From the human T2T-CHM13v2.0 reference genome, Homo sapiens: a DNA stretch of 64,000 nt. The notes beneath the pieces were generated by a model. It was not told the DNA's origin. It saw only the letters and a list, made by a program, of their open reading frames with translations, and did not search any database. The stretch is taken from NCBI RefSeq assembly GCF_009914755.1, contig NC_060947.1; one strand, 5' to 3'. The position numbers were made by a program, and so were the translations under genes. Of the stretch, positions 40,701 to 54,903 are shown in pieces (position 1 is the first letter of the stretch; every line of letters starts with the position of its first letter).

Positions 40701-41624
40701 ACCACAAGGAGGCAAGAAGGAGAATTTACAAAAAAGAAAAACAGAGTATGGGATAATAAGCCAAGGCAGAAATATTACAAGAGTGATTTACACATACTTA
40801 GTTTCAGGGGTCAGGGCAAGGAGAAGTGAAGTCAGCAAGATGTCATTCTTGTCCTTACCTCTTCTCTTTAAAGCTAGTAGAGGGAGAGTGATAACCCCCT
40901 TCTGCTTTTGGCACTGGAACAGGAAAGCTACAGGAGGAACAACGTAAAATTCCAAATAAACTCTTCTGATTTTGAAATGTGGATTATATGCAGATAAAGT
41001 TACTATTCTCTGAATGAACAATTCAAATATCTAGGAGACTTGCATTTAGCAAGTACCTTAAGTGCTATCCTGATTTAATTTGTCATTCTTATTGTTATTA
41101 CTATAATAAATCACTTGAAATGATTCTTGTATGTGGAGCAAGCAAGTATCTTTTATCCAACTTAAAAAGGATGGGAAGTTTATAATCAAAAGGATAAATG
41201 TTCTGAGTTGTACGAAGAATCATTGTGAAAAAAATAAGATTAAAGAAAAAGAATGGATCAAAGTGTTCTTTACATATGCTGTTTTTATTCAACTGAAAAT
41301 TAACATATGTTGGGAAGATACCTTAAAGTCACTTCTGTATATTTATCATCTGGCTTGTGTTTAATTAAATAAAAATCAGATTATCCCTTTTATTTTGAGC
41401 TGCAAGATGCTCGTGTTGTCTCTAAAGTATTTGGCCGCTTCCCCAGAATGACACCTTTCATTTTGATATTTGTGGTGAAGGAGAACAAAAGAAAAATTGT
41501 CAGTCTCAAATGATGACTAAAAAAATTAAAATTATACCTGATAATGAGTAAAGTTTCCTAAGAGTCACCAGAAAATAAAGTTTGATACTGTCTTAAACAA
41601 ATATCAGGAATTAACTAGGGCAAC

Positions 41625-41787
41625 CAAGACCAGATACATAATTTGTGGAGCCCTGTGCAAAATGAAAATGTGGGGTCTCTTGTTAAAATTTTATTAAGAG
41701 TTTCAACACAGCAACAGCACAACATTAAGAAAAGCTCAGGGTCCTGATGATAAACACACAGATTGTATACTCACAAAGTCAATCCTG
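41625..41787. mobile_element. hAT-Tip100 MITE (MER91-like)
   Basis: TACATAATTTGTGGAGCCCTGTGCAAAATGAAAATGTGGGG signature. Confidence 0.7.
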
Positions 41788-41891
41788 GGGGAAAAGTAGT
41801 CTTAATAAAGACTTCATTTTTAACCGTTTATTATTAAAGAATTATTTAATTATAGCACAGTAATTGCAAAGATGAGAGGTCTTATGTACCC

Positions 41892-42262
41892 TGGAGTAGT
41901 CCGTTCTCATGCTGTTAATAAAGACTTTCCTGAGACTGGGTAGTTTATAAAGGAAAGGGGTTTAATTGACTCACAGTTCAGCGTGGCTAACTGTGAGGGA
42001 GTCCTCACAATCATGGTGGAAGGCAAAGGAAGAGCGAAGTCACATCTTACATGGCAACAGGCAAGAGAGCATGTGCAGGGGAACTGCCCTTTATAAAACC
42101 ATCAGATCTAGTAACACTTTTTTACTATTATGAGAATAGCATGGGAAAAACCTCCCCCCTTGATTCAATTACCTTCCACCAGGTCACTCCCACAACACAT
42201 GGGGATTATGAGAGCTACAATTCAAGATGAGATGTGGGTGATGACAGAGCCAAATCATATCA
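41892..42262 (-). mobile_element. THE1C-like solo LTR
   Basis: Homologous to the 35452 LTR. TSD TACCC/TAACC. Confidence 0.9.
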
Positions 42263-42575
42263 TAACCTTTACTCAGTTTCCTCCAAAGGTTATATCTTAC
42301 AGAATTATAGCACACAATCAAAACTTGAATATTGACATTGGTACAACAAATTTGTATAGTTCTATACCATTTCCTTACATGTATAAGTTCAAGTAACCAT
42401 CACTGCAAAAAAGACACGGAAATATTCCATTACCACAAAGGTCTATCTTGTGTTCCTCTTTGAAGTCACACCTTCCTCCCTGCTTACCATTGTCCCTAAG
42501 CCCTGACAACCACTAATTTCTTTTCCATGTTCATAATTTTTTCATTTCACAAATGGTATATGCATAGAATTATAT

Positions 42576-42901
42576 TGCCTTAGTCAGTTGGAGCGGCTTT
42601 AATAAATTACTATAGTCTGGGTGACTTAAACAGCAAACATTTATTTCTCATGGTTCTGGAGCCTGGAAGTATGAGATCAGTATGCCAGCCTAAACAGGCT
42701 CTGATGAGGGCCTTCTTTCTGGCTAGAGAGAAATATTTCAAATATCTTTCTCTTTTTATAAGGGTGCTAATTTAATCATGAGGATTCCACCCTCATGACC
42801 TAATTAGGTCCCAAAGGTCTCACCTTGAAATCTCATCACATTTAGGTTTAGGGTTTCAACATATACTTTTGGGGAGGGGCACAAACATTCAGTCCAAAGC
42901 A
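42576..42901 (-). mobile_element. MLT1A-like solo LTR
   Basis: CATTTATTTCTCATGGTTCTGGAG..CACAAACATTCAGTCCAAAGCA. TSD TATAT/CATAT. Confidence 0.82.
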
Positions 42902-43724
42902 CATATATTATGTAATCTTTCAAAGTTTGCTTTTTTCACTCAGTGCAATTCTTCGAAAATTCATCAAAGTTTTGCAAATATCAATAGTCTATTCATTTAT
43001 ATTACTGACTACTATTCTGTGTTATGGATATACTATCATTCTATGGTTTCTTTAGCAGTGAAGTCTAATTCGAAGAACATCTGAATTTTTCCCAGTTTTG
43101 GGGTGCTATAAATGAAGCTGCTATGAACAGGTTCTGTGTAGACACAAGTTATCATTTCTCTAGGGTACATTTTCAAGAGTGTGATTGCTGAACCATATGC
43201 TAAGTGAATGTTTAGTTATACAAGAAACCACCATACAAATTTCCAGAGTGGCTGTGACATTTTACATTTCTACTAGCCATATATGAAAGATCTAGTTTCT
43301 TCACATATGAGGCAGCATTGGAGTGAGATCAATTTTGAGGGAAAGTGAGAAAACAGGGAATCCTGTATTTGGTAAATGAGTTGAGTTGTTTAAATGTGGT
43401 ATCTAGAACTTTAAAATATTAGTCAAGAAAAGACAAGAGGGAAAAGCTTCATATAAAAGAAAAGATCACCAGAATAAGGAAAGTCTCAAAAGCACTTTAC
43501 CACAAATTTTTCATCTGAACTTTATAGGTATATTCACCCGTTCTATGGCTTTTAAACAGGGATAAGTAAAAGGCATAAGTTTCTGCATGGCTCTTGCATC
43601 ATGAAATGCATTCTTTAATACCATTTTCACTTTGAATAAGTTTTTTGTAAAAACATATTGTGTATTCTTATGGTTAATGATACTTGTCATTCATTTGAAT
43701 TGCTGAGTCTAGAAATCTGACTGC

Positions 43725-44390
43725 ATTCTATTATCCAACTGGTCACCAGATTTTATCAGTTCTACCTCCATCATGTCTAGGTAATTATGGATCATTTCTA
43801 TTGCCACAGCTTCTTAATTCTTCAAAGTTCCAAATGCTGAAGTCTATTTGCTCTACTCACACTGTTGCCAGAGTTGACTTTCTTAAGCATAAAACAATTT
43901 CTCCAATTTCTGTGCTTAAAAATATTTGCTGACTCCTGAATGTAAAGTCTTAACTCAATTACATGGAATTCAAAAGCTACACTAATTTGTTATAATTCTC
44001 AATCTTCTCTCTCTATTTCTAATATAACATTTTAAAAGAGTATAGTTATAGATCATCAATGTTACAAATTCATGCTATAGTTCCCCTTGTTCTTTCTTTC
44101 CTCTGCTCTCTTTCTTTGAGGTCTTACTTTCATTTAATGCTTTCTTGAACTATATGCTCTTCATTGAAAGCTCCAGGTAAAATTAACAATCCCTTTCCCA
44201 GATATATGTTGATAGTCTATTCATGGTACTAACTACACCATAAAATTGTAAAATTGTTATATACATATAATTCCTCCAATAGATTATAAATGTCTTGAGA
44301 GTGCAGACTGTGCCTTACATCATTGTCCCCACTCCCAGTACTGGTGAAATACTTGGAATACAAATGCAGTAAATGGAGATTGAATTGCAT
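43725..44390 (+). mobile_element. L2 fragment
   Basis: CACACTGTTGCCAGAGTTGACTTTCTTAAGCATAAA and an L2-like 3' end. Confidence 0.6.
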
Positions 44391-44744
44391 TGTATCAGAG
44401 AATGGGAAAAGAGTATCAAGCAGTACTTCCAAAACTGCTAAAAAAAATAAAATCAAATGGCAAAGAGTAAAAAGGCCAATTAAATATAATATTTTTCATT
44501 CTTAAGGAATAATGAAATATTAGAAAAAAATGTTATGTGAAAAATGGCTCTTTCTAATTTCATTAATCTGATAATTGGCTCTTCACCTTCCTTTACCTAG
44601 TTAGATAAAGTCACAGACTTATTATTGTATAAAATAAGAAATACAGTTTTTAAAAACTGATATATTAATGGGGAAAATATAGTCCAATGTTTCTTTTGAA
44701 AGCTCAAATTATACATGTATTTAAATACTTCCCAGTTTTTATTT

Positions 44745-45070
44745 AATTAATTCATCCGTTAATGTATTCATTTCACAGATTGCTGTTGAATATCTTTAAT
44801 ATACCAAAACCTGCAAGATGCTAGACATACAAGGTAAATACAAAGTCTTTCTCAAAGAATTTAATAAGAGATTGGAGAAACAGACACTTAGAAACATTTA
44901 CAAATCACCATGAATGGAACAATGTACGCTAGTGTTGTGGGAGAGGAAGTTTTGAAATACTTCCACAGAGAGGATGATACTCAAAGTGGGTATTGAAGAA
45001 TGCAAAGAGTTTCTGGGGGTAAATGAGAACATAATAAGTAGAAGGAAGAACATAAGAAGCATGGCATTGC
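44745..45070 (-). mobile_element. L2 fragment
   Basis: ATTCAT repeats followed by an antisense L2 3'-end pattern. Confidence 0.45.
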
Positions 45071-45849
45071 AATGGTGACTGACTTAGGGCTATACTGTCT
45101 TAGACTTGGAAGTGTAGCTAGGGAAGTAGGATTATTGTGAATATGCATCCTTATATGGCATATTTTCCTTATATTTTGAGAATTAAAATTGTTTCTTTGA
45201 ATTTCAATAACAGCCTAGTTATTCTTACAAACATGTTTTGTTTTTCTATCATTGATTAGAGTCATTAATAAAATTGCCTACAGCTTTAAAATAATTGTCT
45301 ATTTATTTTAGCTCAACAGCTTCGTATAAAATGGTAAAGACTAAGGTAGCATCAAGTATGGATACTTACCAAGATATTGTTTTATATGGGGAAAATGTAA
45401 CATAACCCAAGTTCAGGAATAGGAACAGGGATGCATTCTCATTAAGATGCAATTTAATGACGCAGTTTCTCACTAAGCTGATTATTCACTGCATTTTCCC
45501 CTACAATTAATCTGGCATACTAAGTTAAGGCACATTATACGAGGTTACATGCCAACACTTTTGGAATTCTTAAAACACTGCAAAGTAATCTCAGGGAAGA
45601 ATTTTAGCTCCCGGTACATATAAAATAAAAGTTAAGGGAATAATTATTTTGCATCTATGAAGTACCGTGAAGAGTTAGCTTGGGCCATATGTGTCACATG
45701 TAACTTATTTCTCTTTCACATGTAACTTATTTAACTCTTTAGAAGTGAATACTTGGAAGGACACAAGCAAATAATTCACAAGTGATGAAACTAAAATAGT
45801 CCCTATATAAAATGTCAATATCTAAAGAAATATATATTAAAAGAAGAAA

Positions 45850-46310
45850 AGGAACAATTCCTTCAATTACTAAATTATCATGTTTTGTTCATAATAATAA
45901 TAGCCAAAGCTGGTTGATGTAAGGAAACCAAGTGATACTCTTGTACAGTTTTGGTAAGAACATATTTGTGCAGTCTTTCCGGAAGGAAATTTAGTAACTG
46001 CCTTAAAAATGTACTTTTCTTTTACAAGCTATTCAATGTTAAGATTATATTCCGAAAAAATAATCAGAGAAGTGTTTACAGACAAGTATACAAAACTATA
46101 TACTGTAGTATTTTTCACAGCATAGAAAGTTAAAGACAATTTACATGTTCAACAACTGTGGATTAATTACATCCATAATGACAAAGAGATAACGTACAGC
46201 ATTTAGAATTGTAGTTTTTAAGAAACAATGTGAAAGTGAGAAAAAATACTAGTAACAGTAAATATAACATGAATAATAAACAGCAAACACCATTTTAAAT
46301 GTCGAATGGT
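45850..46310 (+). mobile_element. Ancient L1ME-like fragment
   Basis: Degenerate L1 ORF2-end/3'UTR motifs. Confidence 0.5.
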
Positions 46311-47142
46311 AAAATTATGGAAAGATTACTAGTTATAGCTCTGCTTATTTTATTCTACTTTAGTAATTACCTGAGTTTATTAGAGTTCATTAGATACTTT
46401 AGAGTTGATGTGCATTACTTTGGTACGTAGTAAAGATACTATAAATATTTAGAAAACCAACTGATTTATTGTTTTGGTAGTATTTTATTTGCTGAACTAT
46501 AGGCGTAGGGAAATCTACATGTTGTTGTGGAATCTTGTTATAGTACCTTATGTGACTGCTTAGTAAGTTCTTTGTGCCCATTTGAAATCAATAACTACAG
46601 TTGAAGATATTCTGTATGGATTTTCCTTATTAGATAAGTATCTGCATACAGGGGAAATTTTGCAATTTATTTTTTATCTAATGTGCATATTTTAAATTCT
46701 GCTTGCCTTTTCTCCTTTTATCAGAACATGAAAATGAAAAGAAACATATGATCTGACAGCTTCTCCATAAGAGGAAAATCCTTAATAGCTAAATACTTGT
46801 TCAAAGTATTCCTTGAAGCAATCTCCATTTTTTTTTCACGGTTATGGTCATCAAGATAAAAAACAAAACAAAACAGAAAACAAGTTATTTTGCCTTTAAG
46901 TCTCCAAAACTGGCTGTATCCTCAACTTCTGTTTGCATATGCAGTTACAGTCTCAGAATTTCTCCAACTTAAAGCAAAATGTAGAAGCAAGATAAGACTA
47001 TTGGCTTAAGAGATTGAAAAGAAAGGATGGAGTTTCCCATTTTATTTAGAATTCAGATTCTTTTTGAGCCATTACTGTCCATTTCTCTTGGTGTCTACCC
47101 AATGGCCTAATGTTTAACTATGCGAGACATTCCAAGTCTATT

Positions 47143-47144
<2 letters not shown>

Positions 47145-47200
<56 letters not shown>
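47145..47200. repeat. (TA)n(CA)n microsatellite
   Basis: Directly visible. Confidence 0.97.
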
Positions 47201-47203
<3 letters not shown>

Positions 47204-47205
47204 AG

Positions 47206-47549
47206 TGCTGTGTTCTGAATGTGTGTGTCCCTGAAAAATTCATATATTAAAACTTAATCCTCAATGCAATAATATTAAGAGGTATGGACTTTGGGAGTTG
47301 ATTAGATCATGAAGACTCTGCAATCATGAATGGCACTTGTGCTCTTGGGAGCTTGGGGGCCCTTTTGCCACGTAAGGATGCAGCAAAAGGCACCATCTAT
47401 GAAGAAGAGAGCAAGCCTTCACCAAAAAATCTGCTAGTATATTGATCTTGAACTTCCCAGCCTCCAGAACTGTGAGAAGTATATTTCTATTATTTACAAA
47501 TTACCCAATATAGAGTATATTGTTATAGCAGCCCAAATACAGTGACACA
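47206..47549 (+). mobile_element. MaLR solo LTR (MLT1A/MSTD-like)
   Basis: TTGATCTTGAACTTCCCAGCCTCCAGAACTGTGAGA..TTGTTATAGCAGCCC. AATAG flanks both ends. Confidence 0.82.
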
Positions 47550-48369
47550 ATAGCAAAAACTTACATTAAAATTATTCTTAGATTTGATCTAGAAAATACT
47601 GCTTTGCTACATATAAGAAAACAAATATACCAGATTACCAAGAAAGATACTTCATTATGGATTTTCTGACTTCCAACTTGGGGCTCTTTCAGTGATACGG
47701 AAGTGAAAATTAAAAATAAGTGTGAAGTACTAAAATAAATTCAACAGAAAAACACCCCCAACTCCATTGCAAGCTAGCTCACATAGTCTGAGAAAAACAA
47801 TGCTAAACAACATATATGTTATTTTGTTTTGTTTGCTTATATCTTCTGAGATAGAAAAAATCCAAATCTGTTGTTCTCCTTGTCTCGGAGCTGACCCTTT
47901 CCAGCAGATGATATCACCTCTAAGGTAACTAAGAACAATGATTTCTTATGGAAGTAAATCAAGACTGTTCCTATCAAAATTAAAAAATAAAATGTTGAAT
48001 ATTAGAGAGAAATGCAGCAATAATATATGGAGTTTAGTAATATGATGGACAGCTCTGTAATCATATTAGTTTCAAAATATTTAATATAGTCTTTTCCAAA
48101 TATGATATAAGCAGATGGATAGACTAGCTGTGTACTTTCATTGCCTCTGCTTTACTGATGCAGAACTCTTAAAACAAGCTTCCAAATATTGTTGGTTCTT
48201 TGTTTATTGAGTGTGAAATTGAAAGCAAAGCAAACCAAATGCTGTGACGTATATCCATTTTCCATCCTCCTTGGTCTTGCAAATCAATTATTATTCAAAA
48301 TTACCCTTTATAATCAAAATTCTTTGTATAACAACTAATATGCCATTATCTTAAACTAATATGATCACA

Positions 48370-48536
<167 letters not shown>

Positions 48537-49379
48537 TAATACTTTTAAATAGTTGTACTTTGGGTTCTTGGGAACCCAGAGAAATAACATTCTTCACAAA
48601 GTTAGTTCAAAGGATTTTTTTAAGCTTAGTGCTACCGTTCTAAATGACTTTTTAAAAGAAAAGCATTGAGTATTTTAAGAAACATATAAATTGAATTTTG
48701 TGATTATCTGAATTGGTGTTTTAGTTAGCAATGTAATGAGAGTAAAAATAACTAAACATTAAATTTCTAATAGATTTCAGTTCAATACTAATACTACAGG
48801 GCTGATGCTTGCATTTCTTAGAAAGAGCAGGAAAATAAATATATATGTACATTTAATTATAAACAGAAGGCAGAGTTAGTTTACAACATTTAAAAAAAAA
48901 TCTAGATTGCATACTTTAATTTTCACCATGCAAAAAGTTGGAACTTGTAACTTCCAATGAGTCAATCTTTGGCTATTTTTCACAATCCACAAGTCCATGG
49001 TTTTTCTATAAAATAAGCACTAGTAATAAAAATCACAGGACACTATTTAATATGTTTGGTTGTATTATAATATTGAGAATAATTGGAGGATAAAATACTT
49101 TCTTTTAAAACATCACCTTTTCAGTGTCTGTTTCAAAAATATAGAATAAATTTAATTTTTAAAATTCTCTAAGTTTTCTATAACATCTTGAAATCATTTG
49201 TGATACTGTGATGCCACAATACCAGAGTGCCCCAGACTAAAATAAAACAAAACAATCAAATATACAAACATAAAAATAAAACCAGCCAAGTACATATGGG
49301 TGTGGTATTTTTATAGCATTAATTTATGGGGTAGTTAGACATTTCTTTTATTTTTGCCATTCGTGGGGTGTGAGTGAAT

Positions 49380-50200
49380 TATAGATGATATAAGAATGTT
49401 GGTATATTGATAATCATTGAATCTGGATGATGGTATGTGGAGGTTCATTATGCAATTCTGTCAACTTTTTCTACATTTGAAATTTTCCATAATGAAAGTT
49501 GAAAAAAAAAACAGAAACAAAACAAACAAATGAAAAACACCATGAAGTGAAAAGACAAGCCACAAGGTAGATGAATGTTTTTGCAATAAGAATCACTAAA
49601 ACAAGATTAGTATGCACAGAAAGATTAGTATGTAGACTATTTAAAGAACTGCCATAAATCAACAAGAAAGAACAATCCAGTATATAAAAAAGTAGCTCAT
49701 ATTTAAGCAATCTCAGTAATCAAAGAAATTTATATTAAGACCGCAGTAAAATGTAATTTACCTGTAATTGGCAAACTACTAAGCAATCTGATAATATCAA
49801 GTCCTGGAGAGTATGGGGATCCAAAGGGATACACGTCCATAATGTCTATTGCAGTAATGTTCACAATGGCAAAATGATGTAAATAGCCCAAATGTCCAAC
49901 AACCAGAAAAAACACAATTGAATTAATGTTTCCTCACAGAGTGGAATATTGCAAATCAGACCATAAAATATTACTGCACATAACACAGAAAAGTCTTAAA
50001 AGCATAATATTGAGGGCAAAAAAAAATAACATGGATCATTTACAGTGTGGCAAAGTTTTTATAGAACTTACCTAAATACTTCATTATTTAAGCCTACATA
50101 CGTTTGTGAGAAAACTGTAACAAAAACAGCAAAAGAGTAAAAACACAAGATTTAGTAGAGTGGTTATCTCTAGTGGACTTATAGGTGATTGTTGTATTAT
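49380..50200 (+). mobile_element. Ancient L1ME/L1MD fragments
   Basis: 3' end TTTGAAATTTTCCATAAT..A-tail at ~49480-49510, followed by ORF2-end fragments. Confidence 0.6.
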
Positions 50201-51055
50201 TGTGTTAAACTTAACACGTATATTACACATCAGTTTTGTATCAAATAATATATTTAAAAACACAACAGCATAAACAAAAAGAAGAAAAATCATTAACCTC
50301 CTGCCCCTCTTCTCCACAGAGTTTCTGAGTAGAAATTTCTACCTGACGTGCCAAATATGGGGTTCTGCTATAAAATCAAAAGCACCTATCTTTTCAATTT
50401 ATCACTTATTCACTCTAAAATGTAATGGTTTCCTATGTTCTAAGATGCTATTCCTAAATTTGCATTGGTGGACTGCGTAGAATAAACTATTGGCTCAATA
50501 TGTACTGATAATGGGGTCCAGAAAGTGCATTTGTAACAAAGCATTGTAGGTGGTTTTGATGCTGAGTCAGATTGGCAAAAGTGGGAGCAGAACCCAGTTA
50601 TACATGTACTGCCTTGGTTCCACTTTGGGCCTTTGATAAAATTGCTCTCCCCCTTTGGAGAGACAGGCCAATGTCAAGTGCACCCAAACTCACAATGCAA
50701 ATATGTTAAGGAATCACTTCTACTTTTACTTATCCAAACTTTATATCTACTCCTCTTAATATGCGTCCAAGTTTTATAAGACTTGTTTTTCTTTCTTATA
50801 AAATGCGGGATTGCTAAAATATTATTTTTTTTCATTTTTCATAACTACAATCTAATAGAACCATGAAATGGGCACAAGGGTTTTACATACTCACTTCATA
50901 AAATGCAGTATGTCAAAATATATTCCTCAAACAAAAAACTTTAGTAAACTGCATACATTACACCTGTCAAATGCAAACAAAAAATGATGGCCTTTTTTCA
51001 TCAGTTTTACAAAAGTTATTATAGGTTTGTTGTGGACAAAATACGAGTCCATCAG

Positions 51056-51267
51056 TTTTTTTAATTGTTTTATATATATATATATAAAATAATTAAATAT
51101 TGTTTTATATATATATATAAAATAATTAAATATTGTTTTATATATATAAAACAATAAAAAAACACATACATATGTGTGTGTATGTATATATATGTGTGTG
51201 TATATATGTGTGTGTATGTATGTATGCATGTATGTGTGTGTATATATATATACACACACACACATAT
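51056..51267. repeat. AT-rich palindromic tandem repeat followed by a TG/TA/CA simple repeat
   Basis: Three TTGTTTTA(TA)nTAAAA units at 51065, 51100 and 51133. Confidence 0.92.
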
Positions 51268-51382
51268 ATTTTGCTTTGGAAAAATGAGCAAGAGAGCCAG
51301 CCAGTTCGTCTACTATAATAGAGCAAAAGTCACAGAAGAATTATAGTGACATTTAAAATAAGTCTTTAAAAATTATTGTTCA

Positions 51383-51710
<328 letters not shown>

Positions 51711-51725
51711 CAGTTACATGCTTGT

Positions 51726-51885
51726 TAACCAGGCATAGTGGCACATGCCTGTAGTCCCAGCTGCTTGGGTGGCTGAGGCAGGAGAATCACTTGAGGCCAG
51801 GAGTTTGAGGCTACAGTGAGATTTGATCCACCACTGCACTTCAGCCTGAGTAACAATGTGAGAACTTGCATCTGAAAAAAAAAAA
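51726..51885 (+). mobile_element. Alu right-arm monomer (FRAM/AluJ)
   Basis: Right arm with polyA. Confidence 0.85.
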
Positions 51886-52153
51886 TGCAGCTTGATCTTG
51901 TTGAGGGCTGGTGTGATTTTCTGAAAATGCTGAAGAATATAGCACAGTTGCCAGGGTATTCCATATTATTGAGTAAGTGAGAGGAATTTGTTTAACTTAG
52001 AATTTCTACTGATCTCATTAAGTACATGTTTTTTTTAGTTTACCTGTAAGTAGTAGCATTTTGAGGGAAACAATGTTTTATATTGTCCCTGTTTGTTTCA
52101 ACTTCAGAGCAGATGTGACTCAAAATTCTATGCATACTTTGACATATTCTGTA

Positions 52154-52599
52154 TGACAACAACTCTGTCCTTGGCTAAACTGTAGACAGCCTCCTCCGAG
52201 CCTTCTTTCAAACTAGGCCCCTTCCTTTGGCCCTGTCTTTGACCTGCCTCTCCCAGTTTTAGCAAAAAATCTTGCTTAATTAGCAAGGATCTCTCCACCA
52301 TTAATATCTGATCACCCTGGTTTGCTGACTTCTACAAAGATCCTCTTGTTGGGTTAGCAAAAATCCCTCTAACCTCAATGTCTCCTCCTAGCAATTTTTC
52401 ATCCACTGATTTTCCCACTCTGCTCTTCGGATGTACATCCCCAGCTATCTTTACTGTATTTGGCATTGAGTCTCATCTCTCTTCCCTATTGCAATTATCT
52501 TGACCTCTATTGCAATTATCTTGGCACCTATTGCAATAGTCTTGAATGATGTCTTCCTTACTATTTTAACAAGTGTGAGAATATTTTTTTTCTTTAACA
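52154..52599 (+). mobile_element. MER31-like ERV1 solo LTR
   Basis: TGACA...TAACA termini, with repeated TTAGCAA and CTATTGCAAT motifs. Confidence 0.78.
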
Positions 52600-53119
52600 G
52601 GGATTGCAATAACAAATTATAGGAATTTAGAAGGATACACACAGTTAACCAAAATTCAATTTAACCAACAAGTTTGTATTTCTTAAAAAAATAAGTTATT
52701 AAGTCTCTTGAGGATATATTGTCAAGTAGTTCACAGACTCTTTCAAAATTCTGGAACCTGGAATATAAACCTGTGAGGGAGAAAGAGGAGACATATTTGC
52801 CCTGGGGACATTAAACTGGGAATGAAACCATGGCTGAAAGGCCCTGGGTGTAGAAACTACATGCTAGTTTGGAGTGGTAGGGATCTTTCAGAGGATATGT
52901 AGAAATGGCAGCAAGGAAGAAAGACAAGTAAGAAAGAGAACTTTAAATTTAAGTCTTAAGATCTCAAGCTCCCTAGATTTGCATTTCTAAAATGTCTTTG
53001 CTGAAAATTAATGTCCTTAGAAAACTTTCTCTCTTTTCATGACGTGATTCTTCAAGCATTAAGTTGATTATATTAGTGAATTGTCTGAGTTCTTTAACAA
53101 AATAGAAGTTCCATTAGGG

Positions 53120-53215
53120 TACTTCTTAGTTTCCCTAGTTTACCACTGTATTTCCAGTGCCTAGAAACTTGCCCATCACATGGGAGACACTCAATAAATA
53201 TTTCCTGAGTTAATG
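53120..53215 (+). mobile_element. L2 3' end
   Basis: CCAGTGCCTAGAAACTTGCCCATCACATGGGAGACACTCAATAAATATTT. Confidence 0.65.
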
Positions 53216-53694
53216 TGTTAAATAATGTTTAGATGTGTATAAGAGACAACTAGTCTTAAAGAGCATTCCTTTGAATTCATCTATAGATTTTTCATTTATA
53301 TTATGTTGAACCAAAGAAATGTTCGTTAAGATTATGTTGTTAACTTCTTCTGTATTAATGCATAATATAAATACAAAAACCTTGTCAAGTTAACGGTTTA
53401 TACTTTTCCTGAGCTAATAGCATATATATAATGATTTCTGCTTCCTTGTTTACGATGTGATGACAAGGGTAGCTGCGCCACTGTGGGCCACAGGAGCACC
53501 ACATTCCAGGAAGCACTAGTCACGCATGCCAACTTACATGTTTGGCAGGCAGGAGAATGCTGGGCCTTTGACTGAGAAATAATTCTGTTTTCTTCCTCCC
53601 CCAAATGTGCTCTTAGAGCTAGAGGTCCTATTAATTTCCTGAGTTTTTTTTTTTTTTTACCTAAATCTTTATTGGGATATTAGAAACAAATAAA

Positions 53695-54903
53695 AAACCT
53701 ATACAAAAGTCAACTCAAGAGGGATTAAAAAAAACCCCGAAACTATTAAAACACTAGAAGAAATCCAGGGAAAACTCTTCCTGACATTGGTCTTGGCAAA
53801 AAATACAAGACCTCAAATGCACAAACAACAAAAACAAAAATAGACAAATGGGACTTCATCTTCAAATCTTCTACAAAACAAAAGAAATAATCAACAGAGA
53901 ACAGACAACTTGCAAAATGGGAGTAAATATTTACAAACTATGAACCCAACAAGGGACTAATATCCAGAATTTACAAGGAACTGAAATAAATAAACAAAAA
54001 CACAAACAACAGCATTAAAAGTGGGCACAGGGCATAAATAGACATTTTTCAAAAGAAGAGATAAAAATGGCCAACAAGCATATGAAAAAAATACTCAATA
54101 TCACTAGTCATCAGATAAATGCAAATTAAAACCTTAATGAGATATCATCACAAACCAGTCAGATTGGCTGTTATTAAAAATGCAAAAAACAACAGATGTT
54201 GGCAAAGATGCAGAGAAAAGGGAACACTTGTGCACTGTTGGTGGGAGTGTAAATTATTACAACTTCTATGGAAAACAATATGGCTATTTCTCAAATAACT
54301 AAAAGTAGAGCTACCATTCAATCCAGCAATTCCAATACTGGATGTCTACACAAAGGAAAATAAATCATTTCATGAAAAAGATATTATGCTTACGTATCAC
54401 TGCACTATTCACAATAGCAAAGACATGGAATACTTAAATGTCAATCTACAGATGATTGGATAAAGAAAACGTGGTATATATACACACAAACTACACATGC
54501 ACACACATACACACACACACAAACACTGGAATACTATTCAGCCATTAAAAGAATGAAATCATGTCTTTTGTAGAAGTGTGGATGGAGCTGGAGGCTATCA
54601 TCTTAAGAGAAGTAACTCAGAAACAGAAAGTCAAATATTACATGTTCTTGTTTATAAATGGGAGACAAATTATGTGTACACATGGATATAGAATGTGGAA
54701 ATAATAAATATTGAAGACTTGGAAGGGTGGGAGGAGGATGACAAATAAGAAATTACTCAATGGCTACGATGTACACTATTCAGGTGATGGTTACACTAAA
54801 AGCCCAGACTTCACCACTATGCAATACATTCATGTAAAAAACAGCATTTGTACCCCTTAAATTTATAGAAATATGAAAATGAAAAAGAATTGAAATAAAA
54901 TAA
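53695..54903 (+). mobile_element. 5'-truncated L1 (L1MA4/5-like)
   Basis: ORF2 3' end and 3'UTR GGTGATGGTTACACTAAAAGCCCAGACTTCACCACTATGC. Confidence 0.88.

Larger units (their letters stand above)
41815..43320 (-). mobile_element. Old L1 (L1MC-type) 3' portion, host to two MaLR LTRs
   Basis: Antisense L1 motifs (TTCCAGAGTGGCTGTGACATTTTACATT; GTTTTGGGGTGCTATAAATGAAGCTGCTATGAAC). Confidence 0.75.

Noticed and set aside
45695-45733. TCACATGTAACTTATTT repeated twice
   Set aside because: An ordinary short tandem duplication.
52485-52545. Three ~21-bp CTATTGCAAT repeats
   Set aside because: An internal repeat of the MER31-like LTR with no unique spacers, so not CRISPR-like.
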